Of a stretch of DNA of 64,000 nt, positions 9,686 through 18,054 are shown piece after piece. Source of the DNA: an uncultured Thermoplasmatales archaeon (GTDB taxonomy: Archaea > Thermoplasmatota > Penumbrarchaeia > Penumbrarchaeales > Penumbrarchaeaceae); the NCBI GenBank assembly GCA_964445525.1, contig CAYULA010000002.1, positions 34,576-98,575 of the forward strand. The letters run 5' to 3'. A model generated the notes under the pieces. That model saw only the letters and a program-made list of their open reading frames with translations, made no database searches and was not told where the DNA came from. The position numbers and the translations under genes were made by a program. Within the stretch, counting starts at the first letter, position 1. Each line of letters opens with the position of its first letter.

Positions 9686-10218
9686 GTGGTATCATGCTTA
9701 TCGTATCCCTGATCGGCTTGAAGAAATGCGGGAAGACAACAACCGCAGAGGCATTGATAGGTGAATTTCGAAGGAGAGGGTTCCGGGTCGGTGCCGTCAA
9801 GTTCATGCCCAATTCAACCCTGACACTTGATGTCGAGGGAAAGGACACCTGGAGGCACAGGAACGCAGGTGCGGAATTTGTTATCTCCCTCTCCCGCGGA
9901 GAGATAGGCTATATCGGAAACGTGGAAGGTAGGGCCACGATCGATGATGCCCTGAATATTGTTCCGGAGGGAACCGATATACTTGTCTGCGAGGGCTACA
10001 ACACGACCGATCCCGGGATAATCAAAATAATTCTCGCAAGGGATCCTCCATCTTTGGAGGAAACCATGAAAGTGAGAGGGGTGAAAGGAGATTTCCTGGC
10101 GGTGTCGGGAATAATATCGAATACTGAATTCAACCATCTCGATCTGCCTGTCCTCGATGCAACCTCTCCCATTCAGCTGAAAAAACTGGCGGACCTTATA
10201 ATAGGGAAGGGACAGTGA
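9673..10218 (+). CDS. mobB: MobB-like molybdopterin-guanine dinucleotide biosynthesis adapter (P-loop GTPase)
   Basis: P-loop GLKKCGKTT and the MobB signature GKDTWRHRNAGA. Confidence 0.65.
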   Translation: MFSLSGIMLIVSLIGLKKCGKTTTAEALIGEFRRRGFRVGAVKFMPNSTLTLDVEGKDTWRHRNAGAEFVISLSRGEIGYIGNVEGRATIDDALNIVPEGTDILVCEGYNTTDPGIIKIILARDPPSLEETMKVRGVKGDFLAVSGIISNTEFNHLDLPVLDATSPIQLKKLADLIIGKGQ

Positions 10219-10220
10219 CC

Positions 10221-10502
10221 TCATTTCTTGTCGGTCACCTTGATCAGATGAAAACCGAACTGGGTCTGAACAGGTTCCGATATGTCCCCTTTGTTCAGTG
10301 CGAAGGCCACATCCTCGAAAGGTTTCACCATCTGTCCCTTTCCGAAGTAACCCAGATCGCCACCCCTCTTGCCGGAGGGGCACTGGGAGTGCTTTTTCGC
10401 CAGGTCCTCGAACCTGGCTCCTGCCCTGATCCTGTTCAGTATCTTCGTAGCATCGTTCTTGGAACCAACAAGTATATGACTTGCCCTTACCTGAGATACC
10501 AT
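10221..10502 (-). CDS. Parvulin-type peptidyl-prolyl cis-trans isomerase (~93 aa; start at the internal Met MVSQVRASHILV)
   Basis: Parvulin hallmarks: ...ASHILV..., ...FEDLAKKHSQCPSGKRGGDLGYFGKGQMV..., ...GFHLIKV.... The ORF table's longer N-terminal extension is unlikely. Confidence 0.7.
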   Translation of the reverse strand: MVSQVRASHILVGSKNDATKILNRIRAGARFEDLAKKHSQCPSGKRGGDLGYFGKGQMVKPFEDVAFALNKGDISEPVQTQFGFHLIKVTDKK

Positions 10503-10764
10503 GTAATGACCTCGAGGGGGATCGGAGGCCATGTATATAAGATTCGCCGAAGCCGAAGGATATAAATACACCCCTCGAGGGTGGAACAGGGTCATCCTTT
10601 AATAGGAAATGATCAAAATGGTATCCGAAAAAACAGGTGATATTTCCCTGAAATGAGGCCTCAAAACAGGAGGCCAGTGTACTTCCCTTTTTATAATGCC
10701 GGGTAAATATTAACTGTTTCGAAACTTTTAAATAAGAAAAATGATGTCAGTCCAATGGAAACGT

Positions 10765-10771
10765 TTATATC
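10765..10771 (+). promoter_or_regulatory. Candidate archaeal TATA box (TTTATAT) about 45 nt upstream of the tfb start, with a purine-rich BRE-like sequence just 5' of it
   Basis: AT-rich octamer in an otherwise GC-balanced intergenic region. A second TTTTTATAA lies at ~10686. Confidence 0.3.
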
Positions 10772-10812
10772 CCATGATATGAGCGGAATAGAGCCCAAGG
10801 AGTTAGATACAG

Positions 10813-11784
10813 ATGGTAGTAGATGAAGACCCCGGCATGATTCGGAAGAAGCAGAGGTCCGACAGGGTCCAGATAGAGGAGACAACCACCTGTCCGGAGT
10901 GCGGAAGCGATCACATAATACGGGATTACGAGAGGGGGGAACTGGTTTGCGGGGACTGCGGTATTGTGATCAACGATCTCCAGATAGACATGGGCCCCGA
11001 ATGGAGAGCCTTCGACTCTGTCCAGACCGAACAGAGGGCAAGAACGGGAGCCCCGATGACCCTTACGATACACGACAAGGGTCTTTCAACGGAGATAGGC
11101 TGGAAGAACAAGGATTCCTACGGAAAGTCCATTCCCACCAGGAACAGGGCCCAGATGTACCGGCTCAGGAAATGGCAGAGAAGGATAAGGGTTTCCAACG
11201 CAACAGAGAGAAACCTGGCCTTCGCCCTTTCGGAACTTGACAGGATGGCGGCGGGAATCGGTCTTCCCCGGAATGTCAGGGAGACCGCCGCGAGGATCTA
11301 CAGGAACGCGGTGAACAAGAACCTGATCAGGGGAAGGTCCATAGAGGGAGTTGTGGCCTCCTCGATCTATGCGGCCTGCAGGCAGTGCAACGTTCCGAGG
11401 ACCCTGGACGAGATCGCATCGGCCTCGAGGGTGGGAAGGAAGGAGATCGGGAGAACCTACCGGTTCATGACAAGGGAGCTCGACATGAGGCTCATGCCCA
11501 CATCACCTCAGGATTATATCTCCAGGTTCTGCTCGGAGCTGAAGCTCTCGGGAGAGACCCAGACAAAGACAATGGAGATCCTCAAGCAGGCGGACGAGAT
11601 GGAGATAACCTCGGGCAGAGGACCCACCGGCATGGCGGCAGCGGCGATCTACATAGCCTCCATAATGACAAACGAGAGGAGGACCCAGAGAGAGGTTGCG
11701 GATGTTGCCGGTGTGACGGAGGTCACCATCAGGAACCGCTACAAGGAGCTTGCGGACAAACTCGGCATCGATCTTGAGATCTGA
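10813..11784 (+). CDS. tfb: Transcription initiation factor TFB (TFIIB homologue)
   Basis: N-terminal zinc ribbon [24 protein letters not shown], followed by two cyclin-fold repeats (...[14 protein letters not shown]..., ...[17 protein letters not shown]...). Confidence 0.9.
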   Translation: MVVDEDPGMIRKKQRSDRVQIEETTTCPECGSDHIIRDYERGELVCGDCGIVINDLQIDMGPEWRAFDSVQTEQRARTGAPMTLTIHDKGLSTEIGWKNKDSYGKSIPTRNRAQMYRLRKWQRRIRVSNATERNLAFALSELDRMAAGIGLPRNVRETAARIYRNAVNKNLIRGRSIEGVVASSIYAACRQCNVPRTLDEIASASRVGRKEIGRTYRFMTRELDMRLMPTSPQDYISRFCSELKLSGETQTKTMEILKQADEMEITSGRGPTGMAAAAIYIASIMTNERRTQREVADVAGVTEVTIRNRYKELADKLGIDLEI

Positions 11785-11821
11785 TTTTGAAAAGAATAGA
11801 AATTAGATCAAGAAAAAGTAA

Positions 11822-11846
11822 GGGACCCTTGAGGTCCCTCGTTTAT
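11822..11846 (+). terminator. Hairpin GGGACC-CTTGA-GGTCCC followed by a T-rich tract, downstream of tfb
   Basis: Perfect 6-bp stem with a 5-nt loop, followed by TCGTTTATT. This fits archaeal oligo-T termination. Confidence 0.45.
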
Positions 11847-12337
11847 TATGAAAAATGAGCAAAGTAGCTCTCTTTTTTTCATATTTCCGCAATGCAGAGT
11901 ATACAATTGACGCTCTGTTTTGACCTTGGAATTGTTGATCTTTGAAAAATTTTATTCTAATTCCAAGGCATGCACAATGGTTTCTCTTATTAACGATCCA
12001 TTGGTGCTGTGGTGTGAAATTGCGATGCAAATAAAAAAATGACGCGAGTAATTTACGAGCTCCTTGAAAAGGAGTGACTTACGAAAAAACTCGCTTGTTA
12101 TTTTTCATGCTATGTTGTGAAAAGCAGTTCATGAGAGTTTTTTTTATAACCTGATTCTATTTATATTTTTAACAATTTAACTGAATAATACGATCCCTCT
12201 CTCCTCCATGGAAATGAAGCAGCAAAATTGCTTTAGGGGAGTAGATAGATAACATCCTAATGATATGAAATTTGATCAAGCAAGGTTGCATCTGAATATT
12301 ATATGGCCATTGAAAGGAAAATAACAAGGAAGATATT

Positions 12338-13828
12338 ATGACATCGAAGCTACCCATTAATCTTGAGGACCTCCTTCATCAGAGAAAAGTAGAGGGGGAC
12401 CGGATCGAATACAAGGCCGGATGGAATCCCGATTCAATTATGAGAACACTATGCGCCTTCGCAAATGATTTCGAGAACATTGGGGGAGGCTACATTGTTA
12501 TAGGTCAGGATACTGATGAAGATGGGAGACCGGTTTTTCCGCCTGTCGGTTTATCAGACAGTCTACTTGATAGGATTCAGCGCGAACTAATTGGATTTTG
12601 CAATCAGATCCAGCCAACCTACTTTCCGGTTTTAAGCTTGGAAGTGTTCCAAGACAAGAATCTTATCGTCTTATGGGCTCCCGGAGGCCAAAATCGTCCC
12701 TATAAGGTTCCAGAATCAGTAATATCAAAGAAAAAGTTACATAAATATTATATTCGACGCTTCACCAGTACTATAGTGGCAAAGGGTGAGGATGAACATG
12801 AATTGCTAAGTCTCACAGCAAAGGTTCCCTTTGATGACAGGTACAATCAAAATGCATCGATTGAGGATCTTTCTGTTTTATTGATGTGGGATTTTCTGAA
12901 AAAAGTAGGAAGTGAATTAGCTGAGGGGGCCAGAAACCTTGGTCATGGTGAAATTGGACTTCAGATAAATGTGGTTGGAGGACCTCCAGAGGCATTATTG
13001 CCGAAAAATGTTGGATTGCTTTTTTTTAACGAAGATCCCGAAAAGTTCTTCCCGGCAACTCAGATAGATGTGGTTTGGTTTCCAGAGGGTCCAGGTGGAG
13101 ATAGATTCGATGAAAAGATTTTCAAAGGACCTTTGGACCGAATTGCCCGAGATGCATTGAGTTATATCCAGATCAATTATCTGAAACAGACTATTATCAA
13201 GCATCCCGATAGGGCTGAGGCTGACCGATTTTGGAATTATCCCTATGTTGCAATAGAAGAAGCTGTAATAAATGCCGTTTACCATCGTTCATACGAGATT
13301 AGAGAGCCAATAGAAATCCGGATAACACCGGAGGATCTATTGGTTTTGAGTTTTCCAGGTCCCGATCGATCAATCAAAATGGAGGACCTTCAAAAAGGTA
13401 AAGCAGTTAGTCGCCGTTACAGGAACAGGCGTATCGGAGATTTCCTTAAGGAATTGGAGTTAACCGAGGGAAGGTCTACAGGGATCTCGAAGATATTAAA
13501 AGTTATACAAAAGAATAAATCTCCTTTACCCGAATTCGAAACCGATGATGATAGAAGCTATTTCATCATCAGGTTCCCGGTCCAACCGGATACGATTTCA
13601 GAAGAAGAAACGGAAAAAAGTTCGGAAAAAAGTTCGGAAAAAAGTTCGGAAGGGATCATGAACTTCATGAGGGTGAATCCAAAAATCACAATATCTGAGT
13701 TGTCTGCTGAGATTGGAATTACTACTAGAGCTATTGAAAAACAGATTGCAAAATTGAAAGCTGAAAAGAAAATTGAAAGAATTGGACCATTAAAAGGTGG
13801 ATACTGGAAAGTGAATTTGGACAAATAA
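12338..13828 (+). CDS. AlbA_2 (Schlafen-like 'divergent AAA') plus HATPase_c_4 family putative transcriptional regulator. Often annotated as RecG-related.
   Basis: N-terminal AlbA_2-type motif (...RIEYKAGWNPDS...LCAFANDFENIGGGYIVIGQD...). HATPase_c_4 motif (...IEEAVINAVYHRSYE...). C-terminal HTH (ISELSAEIGITTRAIEKQIAKLK). The gene is visibly AT-richer than its flanks. Confidence 0.65.
   Translation: MTSKLPINLEDLLHQRKVEGDRIEYKAGWNPDSIMRTLCAFANDFENIGGGYIVIGQDTDEDGRPVFPPVGLSDSLLDRIQRELIGFCNQIQPTYFPVLSLEVFQDKNLIVLWAPGGQNRPYKVPESVISKKKLHKYYIRRFTSTIVAKGEDEHELLSLTAKVPFDDRYNQNASIEDLSVLLMWDFLKKVGSELAEGARNLGHGEIGLQINVVGGPPEALLPKNVGLLFFNEDPEKFFPATQIDVVWFPEGPGGDRFDEKIFKGPLDRIARDALSYIQINYLKQTIIKHPDRAEADRFWNYPYVAIEEAVINAVYHRSYEIREPIEIRITPEDLLVLSFPGPDRSIKMEDLQKGKAVSRRYRNRRIGDFLKELELTEGRSTGISKILKVIQKNKSPLPEFETDDDRSYFIIRFPVQPDTISEEETEKSSEKSSEKSSEGIMNFMRVNPKITISELSAEIGITTRAIEKQIAKLKAEKKIERIGPLKGGYWKVNLDK
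13611..13646 (+). repeat. Three perfect tandem copies of the 12-bp unit CGGAAAAAAGTT inside the coding sequence (encodes SEKS-SEKS-SEKS)
   Basis: Direct reading: cggaaaaaagtt appears three times, then cggaaggg. Confidence 0.9.
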
Positions 13829-14039
13829 TATTATGAAAATTCGTATAGGAATCAAATCTATCAAATTTAATTTATTAATATTACTATTTGTGTAACTAGA
13901 GATTAAATCACTTAATCCTTTGTTCACTCTGAAATTCTCTTACCATTGGTTGGAGATTTGTAAAAATCTTATTTATTGAACAACAATGACGAATATTTCA
14001 GATTCGGAAAAATTCCGGTAAAAACTCCGGTAAAATAAG

Positions 14040-14432
14040 TCAGATCTGATTCCATAAAAGGAAGATCAAAATCCCGTGTAAGACAGCGGAAGCTACCATT
14101 ACAACCAGGAAGCTCTTCTTTCTTGTCTTGTGACGGAAGAAGACCATACCCGTCAATCCCCCCAGGAATCCTCCGAGCACGGCCATCATGTGGAGGTTGA
14201 ACTCCGGGATCCTCTTTCCGTTGCCTTTTGCCTGCCCCTTGTCGTAGCCGTACAATCCGAAAAGCGTGACGGAGGACCCTATCATCCATGAGATGTGAAT
14301 ACCAAGTTCAAAAGGTGAGAATGCCCAGATGGGTCCCGTCAGGACCAGGCTGAGCATTAGAGGATAGACGGTCCATTCCAGTTTTGGATGCATCCTGTAG
14401 GACCCTTTCCGCCCCTTTCTCCTTCTCGACAT
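14040..14432 (-). CDS. DUF1294-family small membrane protein
   Basis: Matches the DUF1294 consensus region ...KRIPEFNLHMMAVLGGFLGGLTGMVFFRHKTRKKSF... with additional TM helices. Confidence 0.5.
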   Translation of the reverse strand: MSRRRKGRKGSYRMHPKLEWTVYPLMLSLVLTGPIWAFSPFELGIHISWMIGSSVTLFGLYGYDKGQAKGNGKRIPEFNLHMMAVLGGFLGGLTGMVFFRHKTRKKSFLVVMVASAVLHGILIFLLWNQI

Positions 14433-14470
14433 CAGGGGACGGAAAGCCCCTTGAACATATCATATTTGCC

Positions 14471-15373
14471 TTAAAACATGAGTTCCGAGGACCTCAACAG
14501 ATCCAGCATTAGATCGATGAAAGGTCTGAGATTGCCATCAACCTGTCCAATTTCAAGACAGCTGTAGTATTCCATTTTCCTTCTGCTGGGGATGTTGACC
14601 ATGGGATAACCCTTCGAATGGAGGATGAAATTCATCAGGAGCCTGCCCACCCTTCCGTTTCCATCCACGAAGGGATGAACTGTCTCGAATCCCATGTGGA
14701 AATATGATGCAAGCACAAGCGGGTGCAGTACATGCCTGTTTCTGGTATACCACGAGAGGAGCTCCTTCATATCCTCGGGTACATCCTGTGGAGACGGGGG
14801 CATCCATTCCACCCCCCTGATGAATACCTGCACATCCCTGTATCTCCCGATCTGTCCTTTCAGATCCTCCCGGATCGCATCCTCCATTACAAGTTCATGA
14901 AGCTTCATTATCAGGTCCCTTGACATATCTCCTCTGTAAGCCAGGATGAAATCGAATCCCTTCTTGTGATTGATAACCTCATTTATCTCCCTGAGGTGCT
15001 TGGCCCGAGGTGTGATGCCTTCGAAGAGCAGACCCGCTGTTTCCTGGAGGGTCAATGTATTTCCCTCTATTGCGGTGGAATCGTGGGTGAACCTGGAAAG
15101 GAATGTCTCGTATCTGTTCATCCAGTTCTCCTTTGGAAGTGTGGAATACCTCGATTTTATCATCCCAAGTTCCTCGATCTCCGATCCCGAAAGCAGGTTT
15201 TCGAGGACGTGAAGCTCCCTGTCGGCTTCTCTTTCAAGCCTTTCCCGCTCTTTATCGGAGAGATCCTTTCCGAGGTAGATTCTGTTCTTTTTCACCTTTC
15301 CCTCCCTCCTTCTGGACCTGACCCTGTAGTAATATGACGACCCGTTCCTTTCCTTTCTTTCCGTATAGCTCAT
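14471..15373 (-). CDS. Fic/Doc-family protein (putative AMPylator) with an intramolecular inhibitory helix
   Basis: Canonical Fic active-site motif HPFVDGNGRVGR. An upstream (S/T)xxxE(G/N) inhibitory motif STAIEGN, which is the class II / intramolecular arrangement. Confidence 0.8.
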   Translation of the reverse strand: MSYTERKERNGSSYYYRVRSRRREGKVKKNRIYLGKDLSDKERERLEREADRELHVLENLLSGSEIEELGMIKSRYSTLPKENWMNRYETFLSRFTHDSTAIEGNTLTLQETAGLLFEGITPRAKHLREINEVINHKKGFDFILAYRGDMSRDLIMKLHELVMEDAIREDLKGQIGRYRDVQVFIRGVEWMPPSPQDVPEDMKELLSWYTRNRHVLHPLVLASYFHMGFETVHPFVDGNGRVGRLLMNFILHSKGYPMVNIPSRRKMEYYSCLEIGQVDGNLRPFIDLMLDLLRSSELMF

Positions 15374-15515
15374 GATAATTGTACGTCCACACTGATAGAT
15401 ATTTATTTTGGTTTGTGGACGTACAATGTACGTCTACATTAACAAAGTAAAAACGAACCATTGTAGTCGTACACATCCAAAATATCAATTTAGAGGTTTG
15501 ACGGTACCCGAATTC

Positions 15516-16070
15516 ATGCCGACAGATGATCCTTATGAGGTTCTCGGGGTCCCCAGGGATGCCGATATCACGGAGATCAGGAAAGCCTACAAGAACCTGG
15601 CAAGGAAGCTCCATCCCGACAAGAGCGGATCCAATGTCAGGGCGCTTGAACAGATGAAGCTTGTCAATGAAGCATATGCGATACTTTCTAACAAGAGAGC
15701 AAGGGACATCCTGGAAGACGAGGAAGACTGGAAATGCAATGCTACGGAGGAAACCAGGGAGAAAGTGTGGAAGGAGTACTCCAAACAGGTTGAGGAATAC
15801 TACCAGCAGGTGCAGTCCTACCTTGAGACCGAGCTCTCCTCAATAAAAAGGGAAAGGGAGAAGCTCTCCGGGATCGAATTGAAGCTCAGAAAAAGAGAGG
15901 AAGAACTGAAAAAAAGGGAATCGGAGATTGAAAGCAGTATCAAAAAAAGAGAGGATTACATTTCCAGGAAGGAATCGGAGCTGGACGAGCTCCTGATGCT
16001 GATCTCACGCTCCAATTCCATCGTGGTTGATCTGGCCCAGTCCTCCAAATCCCTGAGAAACAGGAAATAA
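15516..16070 (+). CDS. J-domain (DnaJ-like) protein with a coiled-coil C-terminus. It has no zinc-finger or substrate-binding domains.
   Basis: DPYEVLGVPRDADITEIRKAYKNLARKLHPDK carries the HPD motif. The start is at Met 15516 (MPTDDPYE). The C-terminal half is charged and coiled-coil-like. Confidence 0.7.
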   Translation: MPTDDPYEVLGVPRDADITEIRKAYKNLARKLHPDKSGSNVRALEQMKLVNEAYAILSNKRARDILEDEEDWKCNATEETREKVWKEYSKQVEEYYQQVQSYLETELSSIKREREKLSGIELKLRKREEELKKRESEIESSIKKREDYISRKESELDELLMLISRSNSIVVDLAQSSKSLRNRK

Positions 16071-16072
16071 CA

Positions 16073-16543
16073 TCATTCGATCTGTGCATAAACCTCTGTC
16101 AGGATCTCTTCGGGGGGAACCTCACTCGGGTCGTTGAGATAATATTCCCTGTATGGACCTTTCACTTCCTTTCCGTTTTCTTTCATCCATCCGAACAACC
16201 TGTTGTATGAATCCCCCACCTTCTCGTAGGGTCCCTTGTGGATGGTCTTTACCATCTTCACCCGTGGCAGTTCGTAATGTTTGATCTCGTCTGTCTCCAG
16301 GATTTTTCCGGTCACGGGGATTGCCACTTCGAGGTCCGCATTATTGTTTTTCATTGCCTCCTCAACCGCTTCCATCGTGAGTTCGTGGCAGAGGAATACG
16401 GGAGGTCCGGCGACCTCCATTCCGCTGGTCATAACGTGTTCGAACAACTTTGGAATCAGCTTCCCGGTGTCCTGGTAAGCTCCCCTGGCTCTCATTCCCA
16501 CAACCTTTAACGGTTCAAGTTCAACGATCTCGATATCTTCCAT
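16073..16543 (-). CDS. GyrI-like / AraC-effector-binding-domain small-molecule-binding protein
   Basis: Two tandem half-domains, each with a 'G..Y' core (...VGMRARGAYQD... and ...VKTIHKGPYEKVGDSYNRLFGWM...). Confidence 0.5.
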   Translation of the reverse strand: MEDIEIVELEPLKVVGMRARGAYQDTGKLIPKLFEHVMTSGMEVAGPPVFLCHELTMEAVEEAMKNNNADLEVAIPVTGKILETDEIKHYELPRVKMVKTIHKGPYEKVGDSYNRLFGWMKENGKEVKGPYREYYLNDPSEVPPEEILTEVYAQIE

Positions 16544-16654
16544 TTATTTCACCTCACTCCTCTCAAAGGATCCGGATATTTGAACCGAACCTCGGGAGTG
16601 AGAGGTGCATAAACGTGGAAATAAAGGTAGGTTTGCAGTTTCACCCGGGTGAGA

Positions 16655-17995
16655 CTACATCCAGTGTACGCTGTTGATGAACTCGTCCCACCGGGTGTCC
16701 TGACTGAACTTGATATCCTCGTAGGCGGGATTGTAAGACGAGGACCTGTATGGAAGGTAGATGGATACCCCGTGGGCGTCAGGATGACCTCCGTCCTCGT
16801 AGGTATTTCTGTACAGCATCACCAGGTCCTCGACAGCGTTCATTATATCCTGAGAATGGGAGGTCCTCAAGGTACCCGCTGTGGGTTTGGACAGCTGAAA
16901 GGCGAAATCGTAGATGTCGTAGTTTGTATATGTGGCCTGGCCGATCCAATCCATCTGGTGGGAGAAGTATTCGGTGTACAGTTTCGGGTCCTGATATTCC
17001 GGGTGCCCTATCACGGTGTTTATGAGGATTCCCTGGTTTATGGTCTGGCCGATCCCTGTCATCTTTGGGAGCAGCTCTGATGCCAGGGCATCCAGGGCCT
17101 CCACAAGGGGTACGACATTACTCAGGTTGAATATTCCGAAGACATCGGAATATCCCTGCTTGGGAATGTAAGGAGGTGCGGTCCAGGGTCCGTAGGGCTT
17201 GAACGTTTCCCCCATCACGAGTGCGAACTCTTCTGCGGACATTTTCGGATTATCGGAAAGCTCCTCCCAGCATGCGTCGTACTGCCAGTTCCCCGGTCTG
17301 TAATCATTGTTCTCGGGTTCCGCCTCACCACCCCATCCGTAGGTTGATCCTCCCACGAAGTAGCTGCAGGAATCCCTGACCTCGTAGGCGAACTCCACCA
17401 TCCCCACAAGACATGCTTCCGTGGAAAATACGTCCACTTTCCGACCCAGGTGATCGCTGAAAGATTCCATTGTCCTGCCAATTTCAGGAAGGTCCAGATG
17501 ATCTGCGGAGAGAACGTCCCAGCACATTCCCCTCCAGCCTCCGCCGTGATTTACGAGGTGGACATTGTATCTCTTGGCCGGATAGTTGTCCGCTCCCCAT
17601 TTCAGGAACTTGAGAAGCTGGTCTCCATCGCCGGTATTGAGTTCATTATGCCCCCATTCGGGGTCGATATCGGTAAGGTTGAGGTATCTTGACCCGCCGT
17701 GCTGCAGTTCTATGAGCTGGGTGTCACCTTCCAGTTCCTTGTCCAGGATAATAATGACGTTTGTCAATGGGTTGTCCGGGACCTTCTCCAGGAAATGAAG
17801 GTTGCACAGGCCCATGTTCCACTCGCCGAGGTCCCCTTCCATGCACATCCACATCAATGTGGTCCATTCGGCCTCGCCGGTGGTCTCTTCTCCGTCGCTC
17901 CCGATTTCCCTGCTGGATGTGGTCAGGAGCAGAGCTCCCGCAACCATGAAAATAGCCACAGCGACAGCTCCGATCGCAATATGCTGTCTCTTCAT
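16655..17995 (-). CDS. Secreted clostripain-like cysteine peptidase (family C11)
   Basis: Signal/anchor at the N-terminus. Catalytic His motif NVHLVNHGGGWRGMCWD and Cys motif VFSTEACLVGM, spaced as in C11 peptidases. Confidence 0.55.
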   Translation of the reverse strand: MKRQHIAIGAVAVAIFMVAGALLLTTSSREIGSDGEETTGEAEWTTLMWMCMEGDLGEWNMGLCNLHFLEKVPDNPLTNVIIILDKELEGDTQLIELQHGGSRYLNLTDIDPEWGHNELNTGDGDQLLKFLKWGADNYPAKRYNVHLVNHGGGWRGMCWDVLSADHLDLPEIGRTMESFSDHLGRKVDVFSTEACLVGMVEFAYEVRDSCSYFVGGSTYGWGGEAEPENNDYRPGNWQYDACWEELSDNPKMSAEEFALVMGETFKPYGPWTAPPYIPKQGYSDVFGIFNLSNVVPLVEALDALASELLPKMTGIGQTINQGILINTVIGHPEYQDPKLYTEYFSHQMDWIGQATYTNYDIYDFAFQLSKPTAGTLRTSHSQDIMNAVEDLVMLYRNTYEDGGHPDAHGVSIYLPYRSSSYNPAYEDIKFSQDTRWDEFINSVHWM

Positions 17996-18054
17996 CGACC
18001 CATGATATGGGCCTTTTCATATCTAAATTTCGATGGTAGCGTCCATACGTTGGA

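Noticed and set aside
11785-12337. Possible ncRNA (SRP/RNase P-like) or small genes (11803..12030 -, 12169..12357 -) in the AT-rich 0.55-kb spacer
   Set aside because: No conserved helices or motifs of SRP RNA or RNase P RNA are recognisable. The small ORFs have AT-biased, low-complexity translations. The region is more likely island-associated promoter or decayed sequence.
13611-13646. CRISPR-like short repeat
   Set aside because: Three contiguous 12-bp units with no spacers, inside a coding region. This is a coding microsatellite and not a CRISPR array. No CRISPR array or cas genes were seen anywhere in the window.
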